Origin: Octopus vulgaris
Taxonomy: Eukaryota
Assembly: GCA_951406725.2 (NCBI GenBank)
Contig: OX597829.1
Coordinates: 57,908,001 to 57,972,000 of the forward strand
Length of the DNA: 64,000 bases
Reading direction: 5' to 3'
Below are positions 1 through 57,153 of the stretch, in pieces. The translations under genes were made by a program, and so were the position numbers. How positions within the stretch are numbered: position 1 is the stretch's first letter; every line of letters begins with the position of its first letter. A model generated the notes under the pieces. The model was given only the letters and a program-made list of their open reading frames with translations. It searched no databases and was not told the DNA's origin.

Positions 1-291
1 GGGGAGAAACAAAATCTTCTCCCCTTCGACTGGTTGGCACGCAAACCCTTCTGCCTCCGTTGGGGTGTCAAAAAGAACACACACAGTTCTGTACTTTGCA
101 CCCCTACAAATAAATCGAAAAGTTGGCAGGTACTTTGCCAACTCTTCCTTAATGTCAGACTGAGAGAACTCAGCGATGGCTTCAAGGACCCTAGAGTAGG
201 TCCTTAACACCACCGTTCTCTCAGTATAATTTTTGAGCCAATCTTTGGGGGTCATAATTCGCCAGTCCAAAGCGGTATTTTTTGTTTCCAT
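1..291 (-). mobile_element. Tx1/L1-like ORF1 N-terminus, open and running off the window start
   Basis: ATG at 291 gives METKNTALDW...ERTVVLRTY...RGAKYRTVCVLFDTPTEAE...EKILFLP. This aligns by eye to the ORF at 7438-7953 (KGTIMYRTW...RGRKYAMVSVRFENEDEAE...EKWVLLP). Confidence 0.7.
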
Positions 292-858
292 TTTTTTTCC
301 AAAACTAAAATAAAAATAAAAGTGTTCAAATAAAAAGTCAATAATATAACACAAAGAAAGAATGGAAAGACAGACGTGAGAAAAAGGAATGAAGGAAAAT
401 AGTTCAACTGGCAACAAAATTCTGCTACTTAGGTAATCCACAAGTCACAGCACAAAAATTGAATTCTCTACCGACCTCACACTCCTTGCCTGAATGGTAA
501 ATCCAAAGGTACAGGCACGAACACAGCAAAAAACAGACAAAAATTTTTTCCAAAAACACTATTCTCAATGCAAAATGAGTCTCTTCGCAGAACCACAGGT
601 AGGCAAATGTCTGAAACAGAGTGGAGTCTATTGCTCAACAAAAATTATTAATTACAGAGCAACAAACTCCACTTAGTCCCCCCCCCCCACCCAAATAAAA
701 CAAACGCCTACTTGTAGTCGTGCTTCAAATGTTCAATTTTCACGTCGCAAGACATGACTTCCAAGCAGCATGAAAAATGTGAACTCTTCTGTCAGTGAGG
801 TAAGCAAGCTACTTACCAGACACCCACTCCTGTGCCTATATATATATATATATATATA

Positions 859-1024
859 TACGACGGGTTTCTTTCAGTTTCCGTCTACCAAATCCACTCA
901 CAAGGCTTTGGTCAGCCCAAGGCTATAGTAGAAGACACTTGCCCAAGGTGCCACGCAGTGGGACTGAACCCGGAACCATGTGGTTGGTACACAAGCTACT
1001 AACCACACAGCCACTCCTGTGCCT
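859..1024 (-). mobile_element. tRNA-derived (CORE-like) SINE
   Basis: Reverse complement ggcacaggagtggctgtgtgg...gggttcagtccc...caccttgggcaagtg...gaaagaaacccgtcg(TA)n; many copies in the window. Confidence 0.85.
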
Positions 1025-1622
1025 GTCTATTTGCTTCTTCAACACTCTCACTTTCTCTCTCTCTCTTCTCCTCCCCCTCCTTAATTCTTTTGTTCCTCTT
1101 TTTCTCTCTCTTCTCTTCTCACGTGACCAAGAGGCCAGACTGCTAATCCTCTTTTTGCATCTGACTGTGGTCACTGCTACATCGATATTCTTTCCTGTGC
1201 TTGTGAAAGTTTTGTATCTCTGCCATAAAACTTCATTTCCACACACGCAAGCTGAATTCAATTCGTCCCCAGTCGAAAGACGCCTGTTGTTATGTCCTGT
1301 TATTATTATTATTTTTATTGTATTTTTGTATGTATATTTGTGTAACATCGTCCATTTTTCCGTCCTTGTTTTTGTATACATTCAACACTTTTTTCCAAGG
1401 AATCTAATGCTCTTAGCTTAGTTTTTCCTTGGGGCCGGCCAGATTGGAGCAATCTCAAGATTAATCAACTGAAATTGCGAGGATGATCAGGTTCTTGACT
1501 GAGGATAAAAGGCTTCAAATGATCCGTCCCTGTTTTTGTATTGTCTATCCGGATGTTTTGTTGTCCTTTTTTGTACCATCTAGTTCTCCGGATGCTTTGC
1601 ATTTTTGTCCCATTTTGTATGT

Positions 1623-1964
<342 letters not shown>

Positions 1965-2194
1965 TCCGACAATCTTTCCCGCCAACTTCCAGCAATCTCT
2001 CCCTCCTACAGCTGACAGTTTTTACTTTTTTGCAATGGAAAATACACCTTTTGTGGCAGTTATAACGAAATTGCTTCCTTATATCAGAATACTAAGGCGT
2101 TTCAATAGAACATTTCTACCCCCCGGGATTTACCGGATACACCAACTTGTAAATACAAATTCTAATTGTTGTTACTGTTCTTCTCTTTTCCCAG

Positions 2195-45418
<43,224 letters not shown>

Positions 45419-45658
45419 CAATGGCTTTTAATAATATAATATTAAGACACCTGTCTCTGTTGTTTTTTTTTTAATTTTATCTTCTTTCAAGTTAATCAGC
45501 TGTTGAGTTTTTTTTTTTTTTTGCAGGTATGTGGTAAGTAGGTTGCTTACCAACCACATGGTTCTGGGTTCAGCCCCACTGCGTGGCACCTTGGGCGATT
45601 GTCTTTTGCTATAGCCTCGTGAGTGGATTTGGTAGACGGAAGCTGAAAGAAGCCTGTC

Positions 45659-45689
<31 letters not shown>

Positions 45690-45692
<3 letters not shown>

Positions 45693-47262
45693 TTTAACGT
45701 CCGCTTTCCATGCTAGCATGGGTTGGACGATTTTGACTGAGGACTGGCAAACCAGATAGCTGCACCGGGCCCCAATCTTGATCTGGCAGAGTTTCTACAA
45801 CTGGATGCCCTTCCTAACGCCAACCACTCCGAGAGTGTAGTGGGTGCTTTTTATGTACCACCGGCACGGGGGGCCAGTCAGACAGTACTGGCAAAGACCT
45901 CGCACGAATCTTTTTACACATGCCACCGGCACAGAAGCCAGTTGATCGCTCTGGCAACGATCATGCACAAATGGTGCTCTTGGCACCCTGCTAGCATGGG
46001 CACAGGTGCCAGTAAGGCAACGCTGGTAATGATCACACTTGAATGATGCTTTTTATGTGCCACTGGCACAGAAGCTGTTTAGCCACTCTGTCAATGATCA
46101 CACTCATATGGTGCTATTTGCACCCCGCTAGCACAGACGCCAGTCGTCGAATTTGATTTTGATTTCACTTGCCTCAACAGGTCTTCGCAAGCAGAGTTTA
46201 GTATCAAATGAAGGAAAAGGTATGCATAAGTGGGCTGGTTAAGCTCCTGGCATAGGCCACAGGTTATGGTCTCATTTGGCTTGCTGGGTCTTCTCAAGCA
46301 CAGCATATTTCCAAAGGTCTCAGTCACTAGTCATTTCTTCGGTGAGGCCTAATGTTTGAAGGTCGTGTTTCTCCACTTCATCCCAGGTTTTCCTGGGTCT
46401 ACCTCTTCCACAGGTTCCCTCAACCACTAGGGTGTGGCACTTTTTCACACAGCTATCTACATCCGTTCTCGCCACATGACCATACCAGCACAGTTGTCTC
46501 TCTTGCACACCACAACTGATGCTTCTTAGGTCCAACTTCTCTCTCAGGGTACTTACACTCTGTCAGGTATGCACGCTGACATTACACATCCATCGGAGCA
46601 TACTGGCTTCATATCTTGCGAGCTTACGCACGTCCTCAGCAGTCACAGCCCATGTTTCACTGCCATGTAGCATGGCTGTTCTTACACATGCGTCATACAA
46701 TCTGTCTTTTACTCTGAGCGAGAGGCCTTTTGTCGCCAGCAGAGGTAAGAGCTCTTTGAACTTTGCCCAGGCTATTCTTATTCTAGCAGCTACACTTTCA
46801 GAGCAGCCACCCTCGCTACTGACTTGGTCACCTAGGTAACAGAAGCTATCAACTACTTCTAGTTTTTCTCCCTGAAACGTGATAGAAGTTGGTCTCTGCA
46901 TATTTTCAGTGTTTATTGCTCCTGAGCATCTGCCACAGATAAAAACTATTTTCCTAGTTAGCCTTCCTTTGACATTGCTGCACCTCTTATGTGTCCATAG
47001 CTTACACTTGGTGCATCTTATAGAGTTTCTACCTATGACTTTTCTACATATCGAGCAGGGCCATCTATCTGAAGGGATTTGTGGTTAGCGTGCCTTCCTA
47101 CTTATTAGGACTTTGGTTTTAGCTAGGTTGACTCTGAGGCCCTTCGATTCTAATCCTTGTTTCCACACCTGAAACTTCTCCTCTAGTTCTGATAGTGACT
47201 CAGCAATTAGAGCAAGGTCATCAGCATAGAGGAGCTCCCAGGGGCATCCTGTCTTGAATTCC
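45690..47262 (-). mobile_element. RTE LINE 3' part
   Basis: LYADD, PHD insert, VDSFCYLG, 3' UTR. Confidence 0.9.
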
Positions 47263-48287
47263 ACCGTTATAGCCTATATATCTATATATATATATGTTCA
47301 TGTATATATATATATATGCATGTATGTTTGTGCATATATATATATGTATGTGTATATATATATATATATATATGTGTATGAATATATATAGGCGTTGGAG
47401 TGGCTGTGTGGTAAGTAGCTTTTTTACCAACTAAATGGTTCCGGGTTCAGTCCCACTGCATGGCACCTTGCTCAAGTGTCCTCTACTATAGCCTGGGGCC
47501 AACCAAATACTTGTGAGTGGATTTGGTAGACGGAAACTGAAAGAAGCCCGTCGTATATATGTATGCGTGTCTGTGTTTGTCATGCCAACATCACTTGACA
47601 ACCGATGCTGGTTGTTTACATCCCCGTAACTTAGCGGTTCAGCAAAAGAGACCAATAGAATAAGTACTAGGTTTACAAGAAATAAGTCTGAGGGTCAATT
47701 TATTTGACTAAAGGTAGTGCTCCAGCATGGCCACAGTCACTTTCCTGAAACAAATGAAAATATATAGTCTCTCCAAGTATGACCTCTTCAAATATATACC
47801 CCGACCCCGTTACTAATATCAATGATGATTTATTTCCTTTAAAACATGTCAAACATGGAATTAAAATTATATAAAATATTTCACTGGATTGGCACTTAAA
47901 AGGGACCGTTTGAGCTTGATTGTTAAAAGGTGACGCCTTACTGGCACTTGTGCCAGTGGCATGTGAAAAACATTTGAGTGAGATTGTTGCCAGTACCACT
48001 GGACTGGCTCCTGTGCAGGTGACAGGTAAAAAAACACCATTTGAGTGTAGTCGTTGCCAGTACCGCCTGACTGGCCCTTATTCATTGACTCTTGGAGTGG
48101 TTGACGTTAGGGAGGGCATCCAGCTGTAGAAACTCTGTCAGATGAGATTGGTGCTTGATGCAGCCATCTAGTTCGCCAGTCCTCAGTCAAACCGTCCAAC
48201 CCATACCAGCATGGAAAGCAGACATTAAACGATGATGGTGATGAAGATGTTTACAGTCTGTTTCAAAATATATATATATATATATAT

Positions 48288-49638
48288 ACCCTTGCTTCCA
48301 CACCTGAAACTTCTCCTCTGGTTCTGATAGTGAATCGAAGGCCCTTAGAGTCAACCTAGCTAAAACCAATGTCTTAATAAGCAGGAAGGCAGACAAACCT
48401 CAGATCCCTCAGGTAGATGGTCCTGATTAATCTGTAGAAAAGGTTTGGGTAGAAACCCCATAAGATGTACCCAATGTAAGCTATGGACACATAAGAGGTG
48501 CAGTAATATCAAAGGAAAGTTTTGTGTGGCAAAAGCTCAGGGACAATAAACACTGAAAATGTGCAGAGAACAACTTCTGCCACATTCCAGGGAAATAAAC
48601 TAGAAGTAGTTGATAGCTTCCGTTACCTAGGTGACCAAGTCAGTAGCGAGGGTGGCTGCTCTGAAAGTGTAGCTGCTAAAATAAGAATAGCCTGGGCAAA
48701 GTTCAGAGAACTCTTACCTCTGCTGGCGACAAAAGGCCTCTCGCTCAGAGTAAAAGGTAGACTGTATGACGCTTGTGTACAAACAGCCATGCTACATGGC
48801 AGTGAAACATGGGCTATGACTGCTGAGGACATGCGTAAGCTTACAAGGAATGAAGCCAGTATGCTCCGATGGATGTGTAATGTCAGCATGCATACTTGAC
48901 AGAGTGTAAGTACCTTGAGAGAAAAGTTGGACCTTAAGAAGCAACAGATATGATATCCAAGAGAGATGACTGCGCTGGTATGGTCATGTAGCGAGGATGG
49001 CGGTTGAGGGAACCTGTGGAAGAGGTAGACCCAGGAAAACCTGGGACGAGGTGGTGAAGCACGACCTTCAAACATTGGGTCTTACCGAGGCAATGACTAG
49101 TGACCAGGACCTTTGGAAATATGCTGTGCTTGAGAAGACCCTGCAAGCCAAATAAGATCATAACCCGTGGCCTATGCCAGGAGCATAACCAGCCCACTTA
49201 TGAATACCCCTCATTGAGGCAAGTGAAATCAAAATTGCTGACGGGGCTGATGACAATACCACTTAATTGGCACTCATGCCAGTGGAATATTAAAAGCACA
49301 TCCAAGCATGATTATTGCCAGGGCCACGGATTGGCTCCTGTGCCGGTGACATGTGAAAAGCACCATTCAAGTGTGATCGTTGCCAGCATCACCTTACTGG
49401 CACGTGAAAAGCAATATTGGAGCATGGTCATTGCCAGAACCGCCTGACTGGCCCTCGTGCGGATGGCACATAAAAGCACCCACTATATTCTCAGAGTGGT
49501 TGGTGTTAGGAAGGGCATCAAGCTGTAGAAACTCTGCCAGATCAGATTGGAGCCTGGTGCAGCCATCTGGTTCACTAGTTGTCAGTCAAACCGTCCAACC
49601 CATGCCAGCATGGAAAGCAGACATTAAACGATGATGAT
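48288..49638 (+). mobile_element. RTE 3' part with a 5' inversion (twin-priming type)
   Basis: Inverted SLSEPEEKFQVWKQG piece abuts atcgaagg. Confidence 0.85.
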
Positions 49639-50363
49639 ATATATATATTAGGTTGTCAAGAAAGTTCTTGCAGAATTTTTAATTTGGGTTTTAAATAATG
49701 TATTTCATAGGCGCAGGAGTAGCTGTGTGGTAAGTAGCTTGCTTACCAACCACATGGTTCCAGGTTCATTCCCACTGCATGGCACCTTGGGCAAGTGTCT
49801 TCTACTATAGCCTCAGGCCGACCAAAGCCTTGTAAGTGGATTTGGTAAACGGAAACTGATAGAAGCCCGTCGTATATATATATGTGTGTGTGTGTATGTT
49901 TGTTCCCCCAACATCGCTTGGCAACTGATGCTCGTATGTTTACATCCCCGTAACTTAGCGGTTCTGCAAAAGAGACCGACAGACTAAGTACTAGGCTTAC
50001 AAAGAATAAGTCCTGGGGTCGATTTGCTCGACTAAAGGCAGTGCTCCAGCATGCCCACAGTCAAATGACTGAAACAAGTAAAAGAGTAAATGAAATTTCG
50101 TTAAATTAATTTGACTTCATATATCATTTTAAACCCTGTTTTTCACTCTAATCACGTCACTCCTTTCCTTTTTAAAAAATTAGGCCATTTTTTCCGGAAT
50201 GTTTGAATACATGGACAAGAAGCAAATTCAAACAATTTTCTTATTCCAGTTTAAGCGTTTTTGCTGCGTGATTCAAGGCCTATTTAGCTGTTATCTTTAG
50301 CATATCTCAAGATAAGAGTACAAGCAACTGATGGGCCATAGGAAGAGGACGCAGCATCAACAC

Positions 50364-52056
50364 TAGGCCTCGAAACCGGTTTTATAAAACTGGTTAAAAC
50401 CAGTTTTATATTATGGTCAGTAAAACCGAAACCGATTTTAAGGCTTGCTGTTTCGGATCTTTTCAATAAAAGATGTTTTATGTAACACATTCTACCAGTA
50501 TACGAAGTTTAAAAGTGTTTAGTTACAAATAACTATTTTTTAAATGTGCCGGTCAAAGGGAAAAGATCCACTGTTTCTTTTCTTTTTTTTTTTCTTTCGC
50601 AATACATTTCTCCATTTTTTCTTTTCAAGAAATATCGTTGAAACTGGACTAACTGAACTGTTGTTGGTCGCCTTTAGTTGAGAGTGCTGTCTGTTTCATT
50701 CAAACATATCAATTCTCACCTTCTTTCCCCTTGAACCTTAGATCAGCACCTTGTCATCTCCTTCGCTAACCCCTGGTTGACTCTTTGAATTTGCAGGTAA
50801 CTGAGTTTATTCATAGCAAGTCAAGGGGATACTGTTAGTCAGGTGATCTTTCCCATTGAACATATGTAATAACCAGTTCCAGATTCATTTCAAGGAAGTA
50901 ACACTAAATTTTTTGATAAAAAAAAGTGAAGAGATCGCTATAACAGACGATAGTGATGATGAAGCTGACATAAGCCAACAAGACATTCTTTGTCAAACAG
51001 ATTTGGCTCACGAAAATGCTTGTTTTCCCCACCTGAATTTAACAAAGTTTTAAATATGTTAAGAAAAATTTCAAAACTTTTCGTAAATCTCCTACAAAAA
51101 ATGAAATTTTGTACGAGTGAACTTTGATAACAGAGAATATAAACTTATACTGGATTGCAGAACTCTGTGGAATAGCACATTCCATATGATTGAGAGATTT
51201 TTGAAATTGAAAAGCTGCATTCCAAATGCTCTACAAGCAGAACTTACCACAGATGCCGTCGCTGACGAAGAATGGAAATCTCACAATTTACTATATGAAA
51301 TTCTGCATTCAGTAGAAATTATTTTGAAGGCTATTTGCGCTGATGATACAGGTTTACTGAAAGCGGAATATTCTATAGAATTTTTATTGAATAAACTTAA
51401 TATCGTCGGCAACCCTTTGGCTCTAAATCTTCGTGAAAGACTTAAGCATATAATAAGAGATGAAATGTCGAAACCTTGACTCTCTTGCGGTATTTACATA
51501 ACCCAAGGAAGTTTAAAGGTGAATCAATTTCTGAACCTTTTCTATTTTTTAACGAAACAACATTTAAGGAAGTATGCTGAACAAACATAAAGGAGATTAT
51601 TTCCTAAACATGACGCTGAGAACACAACAGGATTATACAAATAAAATGAAATAGGAAGGAACCTAAAAACAAGTGTTACTGTTGTCCCATCTACTTATGA
51701 AGGTAATGGACTCATTCGTGAATGCACAAGCGCAATGAAGAAAATGAATGAAGAGCCCAGGATGGTAACAGATGGATTTGAAATCTCTAAAGAATTTGGG
51801 TACTATGTAAGAAGAGTGATCCCGGAGCGCAAGCTAGTCATGACTAGTCGATCCTACAATGCCTACCTAGCAAAGTAAATAAAACACAAAATAAATATTT
51901 TTTTTAAAACATAGTAAGGATCGACTAGTCATGACTAGCTAGTGCGGAGGCGTGCACCAGGACCACTCTTCTTAAGTAGTACCCGCGAAAACCAGTTTTG
52001 AGAATTACTTATACTTGAACTCGGTTTTGGGAATTATTAGTTTTTTCCGAGCCCTA
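50364..52056 (+). mobile_element. hAT transposon, degenerate, with 8-bp TSD ATCAACAC
   Basis: atcaacac at 50356-50363 and 52057-52064; ends taggcctcg...cgagcccta; LILDCRTLWNST matches the hAT D..TRWNS motif. Confidence 0.88.
51798..51984. mobile_element. Small MITE nested in the hAT
   Basis: gggtactatgtaagaagagtg / cactcttcttaagtagtaccc; internal ctagtcatgactag palindromes. Confidence 0.65.
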
Positions 52057-52199
52057 ATCAACACCTATGGTTAAGGGTGCCATATATTTAGTTTTGCACC
52101 AAGATGGTCTGTGTTTCTTTCAATTAATTTTAAATGTAACAAAGAACTTAGTAAAATAACTTAATTATCATTAAGCTAGTATTAGGAACATAAATTGTG

Positions 52200-53170
52200 A
52201 CTAAGGTTTGATGGAAGATTTTAATTCAGAACTTAAGAAAACAAGACATTTGAACTCAGAGCCAGATGCAGTTTCAGCTAGTTCTGTAACAAAAGGGTTA
52301 AAAAACCATTTGAGATTACATAGACAGTATTTTGCGTAGGATATGAGCACTATCTTTTGAATTTCTGCCATTTTTTGGTTTCCTGGCATCTGAGCTAGGT
52401 AGCAGTCAGCCCCTTTTGCTATCATTCCCAAGGCACCTATGACAACAGGTATTGTTTTAGTCTTCAGGTTCCACATTTTGCTGATTTCTATTTCCAGATC
52501 TTTATATTTCCTCAGGTTTTGGTAGGTCTTGACAGATACGTTTATATCGATTGGGACAGTCATATCAATGAGGAGGCATGTTCTTTGTCTGAAGTCTTTC
52601 AATATGATGTCTGGCCTGTTTAAATCTATCTTTCTGTCAGTTTGAATGGTGAAGTTCCAGAGGAGTGAGATGTGATCATTTTCAAGCACTGGAGGTGGAT
52701 TGTGTTCCCACCAGTTTTTATCATGGGGCAAATCCAGGTTTTTGCAAATTACCCAGTGAATATATTGTGCAGCTCTTTAATGCCTGTTGAGATACTCTGT
52801 AGGCGCTAGAAGACTGCACTTGGAGACAACATGATCAATGGTTTCATTTTATTATTATTGCCTTTGCACAGCTTCTAATGCTGGAGATGTACTAGTGTCA
52901 GCTATTCACTACCAGTGAACTAAGGTAACACCTCTTCTTTTTCTAGCACCTTCCAGGGTATTCCAGCGGTTCCAAGCAGTGCTGTTGTTTTGCAAGTGCT
53001 CCACCATTATTGCAGCCCCTATTTGTTCCATGTACTTCTTGAGATCTTTGCTCACTGTTCCCAGGGCTCCGACAATTATTGGTACTACTGCTACCTTTTT
53101 CATCGACCACAACTGCTTGACCTCCCAAGCTAACCTGTCATATCTCTCGACTTTTCTTTCTTCAATATTG
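52200..53170 (-). mobile_element. Two R4/Dong-type 3' fragments in tandem joined by (TAA)n
   Basis: ETIDHVVSKC, NRPDIILKD...LIDMTVP, IPVVIGALG; second piece VVPIIVGALG. Confidence 0.85.
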
Positions 53171-54369
53171 CATACCGAGGTTGACTTTGCCTTTCATCCT
53201 GTCAGGGTCGATAAATTTAGTACCAGTTACACACTGGGGTTGATGTAATCGATTTAATCCCTTTGACTGTCCCCTCTATGTTTAACCCCCTGTGGCCAAA
53301 AAAAAAAGAAATAAATTATTACCATAAATCCTAGAGTGTAGTCCACCCTTGAGTATAATATGCAGGGTATTTTTAGGGAGCTGTACTTCTGAAAAACTTA
53401 AACCTGGTGTATAATACGCACCCCTTCTCTAACTTGAGTCGTGCGTAATTAAGCCAGCAGCACCTAGTCGCACAAACACTTCCATGCATCATCATCATCA
53501 TCATTTAGCGTCCGCTTTCCATGCTAGTATGGGTTGGACGGTTCAACTGGGGTCTGTGAAGCCAGAAGGCTGCATCAGGCCCAGTCTGATCTGGCAGTGT
53601 TTCTACGGCTGGATGCCCTTCCTAACGCCAACCACTCTGTGAGTGTAGTGGGTGCTTTTTATGTGCCACCCGCACAGGTGCCAGACGGAGCTGGCAAACG
53701 GCCACGATCGGATGGTGCTTTTTACGTGCCACCGGCACGGGGGCCAGGCGAGGCTGGCGTAATACAATAATGGTGATGTTCTTAACTGTTATATGGGAAT
53801 GTAAATATGTTTGCAAATTGTTTTTTGTTACATATTATTCTGTGTTCTGAATACTTTTATTGTAATAAATGTTGCTTACTGCAAGTTATGGATGATTCTT
53901 TTATGACTTCATTGCTTTCGGGCTTAGCTTAAGGTATTTTCACGCCCGACATCACAAAATGCGTCTGAATAAACATTGCCAGACAGCAAATAGAGACTTG
54001 GACATTGCTTAGAAAATAATTTTCATTTTTAACCTGGTATATAGTACACTCTAGGGGTTTTGACCTTTAAATTTGGGGGAAAAAATGCAGATTATACACG
54101 AGGATTAACGGTATTTCATGTTTGATTTCTGCTCACACCCAGACACCTCAACAGACAAGTTAGAAGTTCATGTTGGTGTTTTGCCTAGGGTGCCATATAT
54201 TTGGTTTTGTTCTAGAGAATGTTTAAGAAACCATAAGAAAACTAGAAAGACACTCAGAGAGCACAGACCTCTGCTAAGCAGCTCATTCCCACCCATATAC
54301 ATATGCCGAAAATCGCCCAATTTCCCAAACCAAGGCCAGCAAAAACTTAACCGCCTCCCATATTTATCT

Positions 54370-54535
54370 CGACCATCGTCATCATCAATACTGTGTCTGC
54401 TTTCACCACAATCACCATCAAAGCTATGATTGTCAATACTATGATCGCCACAATCACCATCAAAACTACAATTGACACAATCACCGTCAAAACTACAATC
54501 GCCACAATCATTGTCAAAACTACGATCACCACAAA
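54370..54535. repeat. ~27-bp minisatellite (acaatcaccatcaaaactacaatcgcc-like)
   Basis: 5-6 degenerate units. Confidence 0.8.
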
Positions 54536-54867
54536 CAGTTTCTTTACACAGTTGAAAATCCATTATCCAATACTCACAGGACTGAGATTGTTGCAGATTT
54601 TTTACTTTTCTAACTTCAGATTGCTTTATTAAAAACAGGTCTAAACACAATAGCTTATAGACATACTCTGAATGTAGTCCTATATAAATCTTTAATAATT
54701 TTTTTTTATACCTAAGACCATCAGAAATGTTAAGATATCAGCCTCTACCCACGTGGTCATGCTTTGATTAAAAGGTTGCAGCATAGATTACATTACTTAG
54801 ATAAGTTTTGGCCAAAGTTGACTCAGGCCATGTCTAATTTAATAGCACCACCTGGAAGAGATACACA

Positions 54868-55242
54868 GTCAGCTCTGGGGAACCATAGCCCATTCAAGCA
54901 GAGGGCTTTCAGGGATATATCTGGGTGTGGGTGGTTTATCTGGTATTTGTTGGGGGCAATCATCTAGGAATCGTTTGAATGCTGTGAAGTCACTTTCCTC
55001 TTTTATGTGTGTCTGGCACGATGTTGAAGAGAGCAGGGCCAATTGAGGTGAAATAGTTCTGTCATAATGTCGTGATATGACACAAACATTTCTGTAGTGG
55101 ACGGATGGCACAAGGGCCAAGATGGGAAATGATGATGGTATATTTTCCACATCATACAGATGATATAGACCTCACAGCGGTGGTGGAGGGAGCAAAGCCT
55201 GAGCTTTTTGAGTCGATCCCAATAGTCAAGGCTTGTCATGTC
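54868..55242 (-). mobile_element. CR1/Jockey-type LINE 3' fragment
   Basis: LDYWDRLKKLRL.SL..R...YII..MWK; FKRFLD...QIPDKP. Confidence 0.7.
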
Positions 55243-55251
55243 ATCCTCTGC

Positions 55252-55956
55252 AGACCTCCACCAAGTTCATTTTAAGATAGATATGCGAGTAAAATTACTA
55301 ATAGAGAAACGAAAATAAACTTTGGAAACAGCAACGACACCATAGGTTACGTGAAAACGATGAACGCTTTCAAGGGAGATAATCAAATACGTAACATTGT
55401 AATACTTCATGTTAAGTGGATATAACAAATTAAAAAATCCTTCTAAAATCCATAAAAATTACTGGATCACTACCAAAATTTCATCATCTGTTCCTTGTGT
55501 TATTACCAACCTTTACTGCGAGTTTTATCAAATACTGTTCAGTTTTTTGAGTTATTATGCACACAGACAGACAAGCCAACGCTGATGAAAACATAACTCC
55601 CTTCTTTGGCAGAAGTAAAAATCCTTCTAGAATCTAGAAAAATTTCCGGATCACTACCAAAATTTTATCATCCGTTCCTTGTGTCATTACCAACTTTTCC
55701 TACAAGTTTCATCAAATACCGTTTGCAAATTTTTGAGAAATTTTGCACACAGAGGGACAAACCAACATGGATGAAAACATAACCTTCTTCCTTGGCAGAG
55801 GTAAAAATCCTTCTAGAATCCATAAAAATTCCCAGATCACTACGAAAATATCATCATCTGTTCCTTGTGTCATTACTTTTGTGTCACAACTTTTTCAGTT
55901 ATTTCGCACATAGACAGAGGGACAGACGGACATAACAACACCGATGTTGGCAGAGG
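55252..55956. repeat. Element with three ~185-bp tandem units ending in ttggcagaggt
   Basis: aaaatccttcta...ggatcactac at about 55434, 55618 and 55804; acctccaccaag / cttggcagaggt inverted ends. Confidence 0.75.
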
Positions 55957-56159
55957 TGATGATGATAATAATTTGAAATACATCCTTCAAGGAAAACTTA
56001 GGCAGAAATAGTTTATTAGCAGGATTTTAAATGCATAATATTTGAACTATAAACATTTTATGCATCAACATAAAATTTTTATAAAATATTTGATTCTCCC
56101 TAAATCAAACCCAGATGTTCGTATTTTTTTTTTTCTTTTTAACAATTACTTCCAATCAC

Positions 56160-57153
56160 ATGTATACCTGCTTCTAGGAAACATACGTAGCTAACCATTC
56201 AAATTTCAAATAACACTTACTGTGTATGTATGTAGCTTTTAACCTTGGTGCATAGTTTGTGTTAGGGATGTATGCATGTATATACAAGAATCTGGGAAAC
56301 ATGTAGCTCCCTATTTAAATTTCACATAACACTTACAGTAGCTAGTAACCCTGGTGTGTAGGGATGTATGCGTGTATATACAAGCGTCTAGGAAGCATAT
56401 ACAGCTATCCGTTCAAATTTCACATAAGACTTACTGTGTATGTATGTAGCTAGTAACCCTGGTGTGTAGGGATGTATGTGTGTATATACAAGAATCTGGG
56501 AAACGTGTGTAGCTCCCTATTTAAATTTCACATAACACTTATTGTAGCTAGTAATCCTCATGTATAAGTGTGTGTAGGGATGTATGCGTGTATACAAGCG
56601 TCTACAAAACATGTGTAGCTATCTATTCAAATTTCACTTAACACTTACTGTAGCTAGTAACCCTGGTGTGTAGTGTGTGTAGGGATGTATGCGTGTATAT
56701 ACAAGCGTCTAGGAAACACATGTAGCTTTCCATTCAAATTTCACAGAACACTTACTGTGTATGTATGTAGCTAGTAGTCCTGGTGTATAAGTGTATGTAA
56801 GGATGTATATGTGTGTATACAAGTGTCTAGGAAACATACGTAGCTATATTCAAATTCCACATAACACTTATTGTAGCTAGTAACCCTGGTGTATAAGTGT
56901 GTGTAGAGATGTATGTGTGTATACAAGCCTCTAGGAAACATATGTAGCTACTAATCCTGGTGTGTCGTGCGTGTAGGGATGTATGCGTGTATATACAAGA
57001 ATCTACGAAAGATATGTAGCTACGTATTCAAATTTCACATAACACTTACTGTGTATGTATGTAGCTAGTAACCCTGGTGTGTAGGGATGTATGTGTGTGT
57101 AAACAAGCATCTAGGAAACGTGTAGCTATCCGTTCAAATTTCACATAACACTT
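56160..57153. repeat. ~90-110-bp minisatellite, about 10 units
   Basis: Recurrent tagctagtaaccctggtgtgtagggatgtatg...ctaggaaac...ttcaaatttcacataacacttac. Confidence 0.9.

Noticed and set aside
54168-54650. 160-aa Asp/Cys-rich ORF
   Set aside because: Generated by a 27-bp minisatellite; no splice or homology support.
55580-55600. CTGATGA as a further hammerhead core
   Set aside because: No stem II, GAAA or stem I partner follows.
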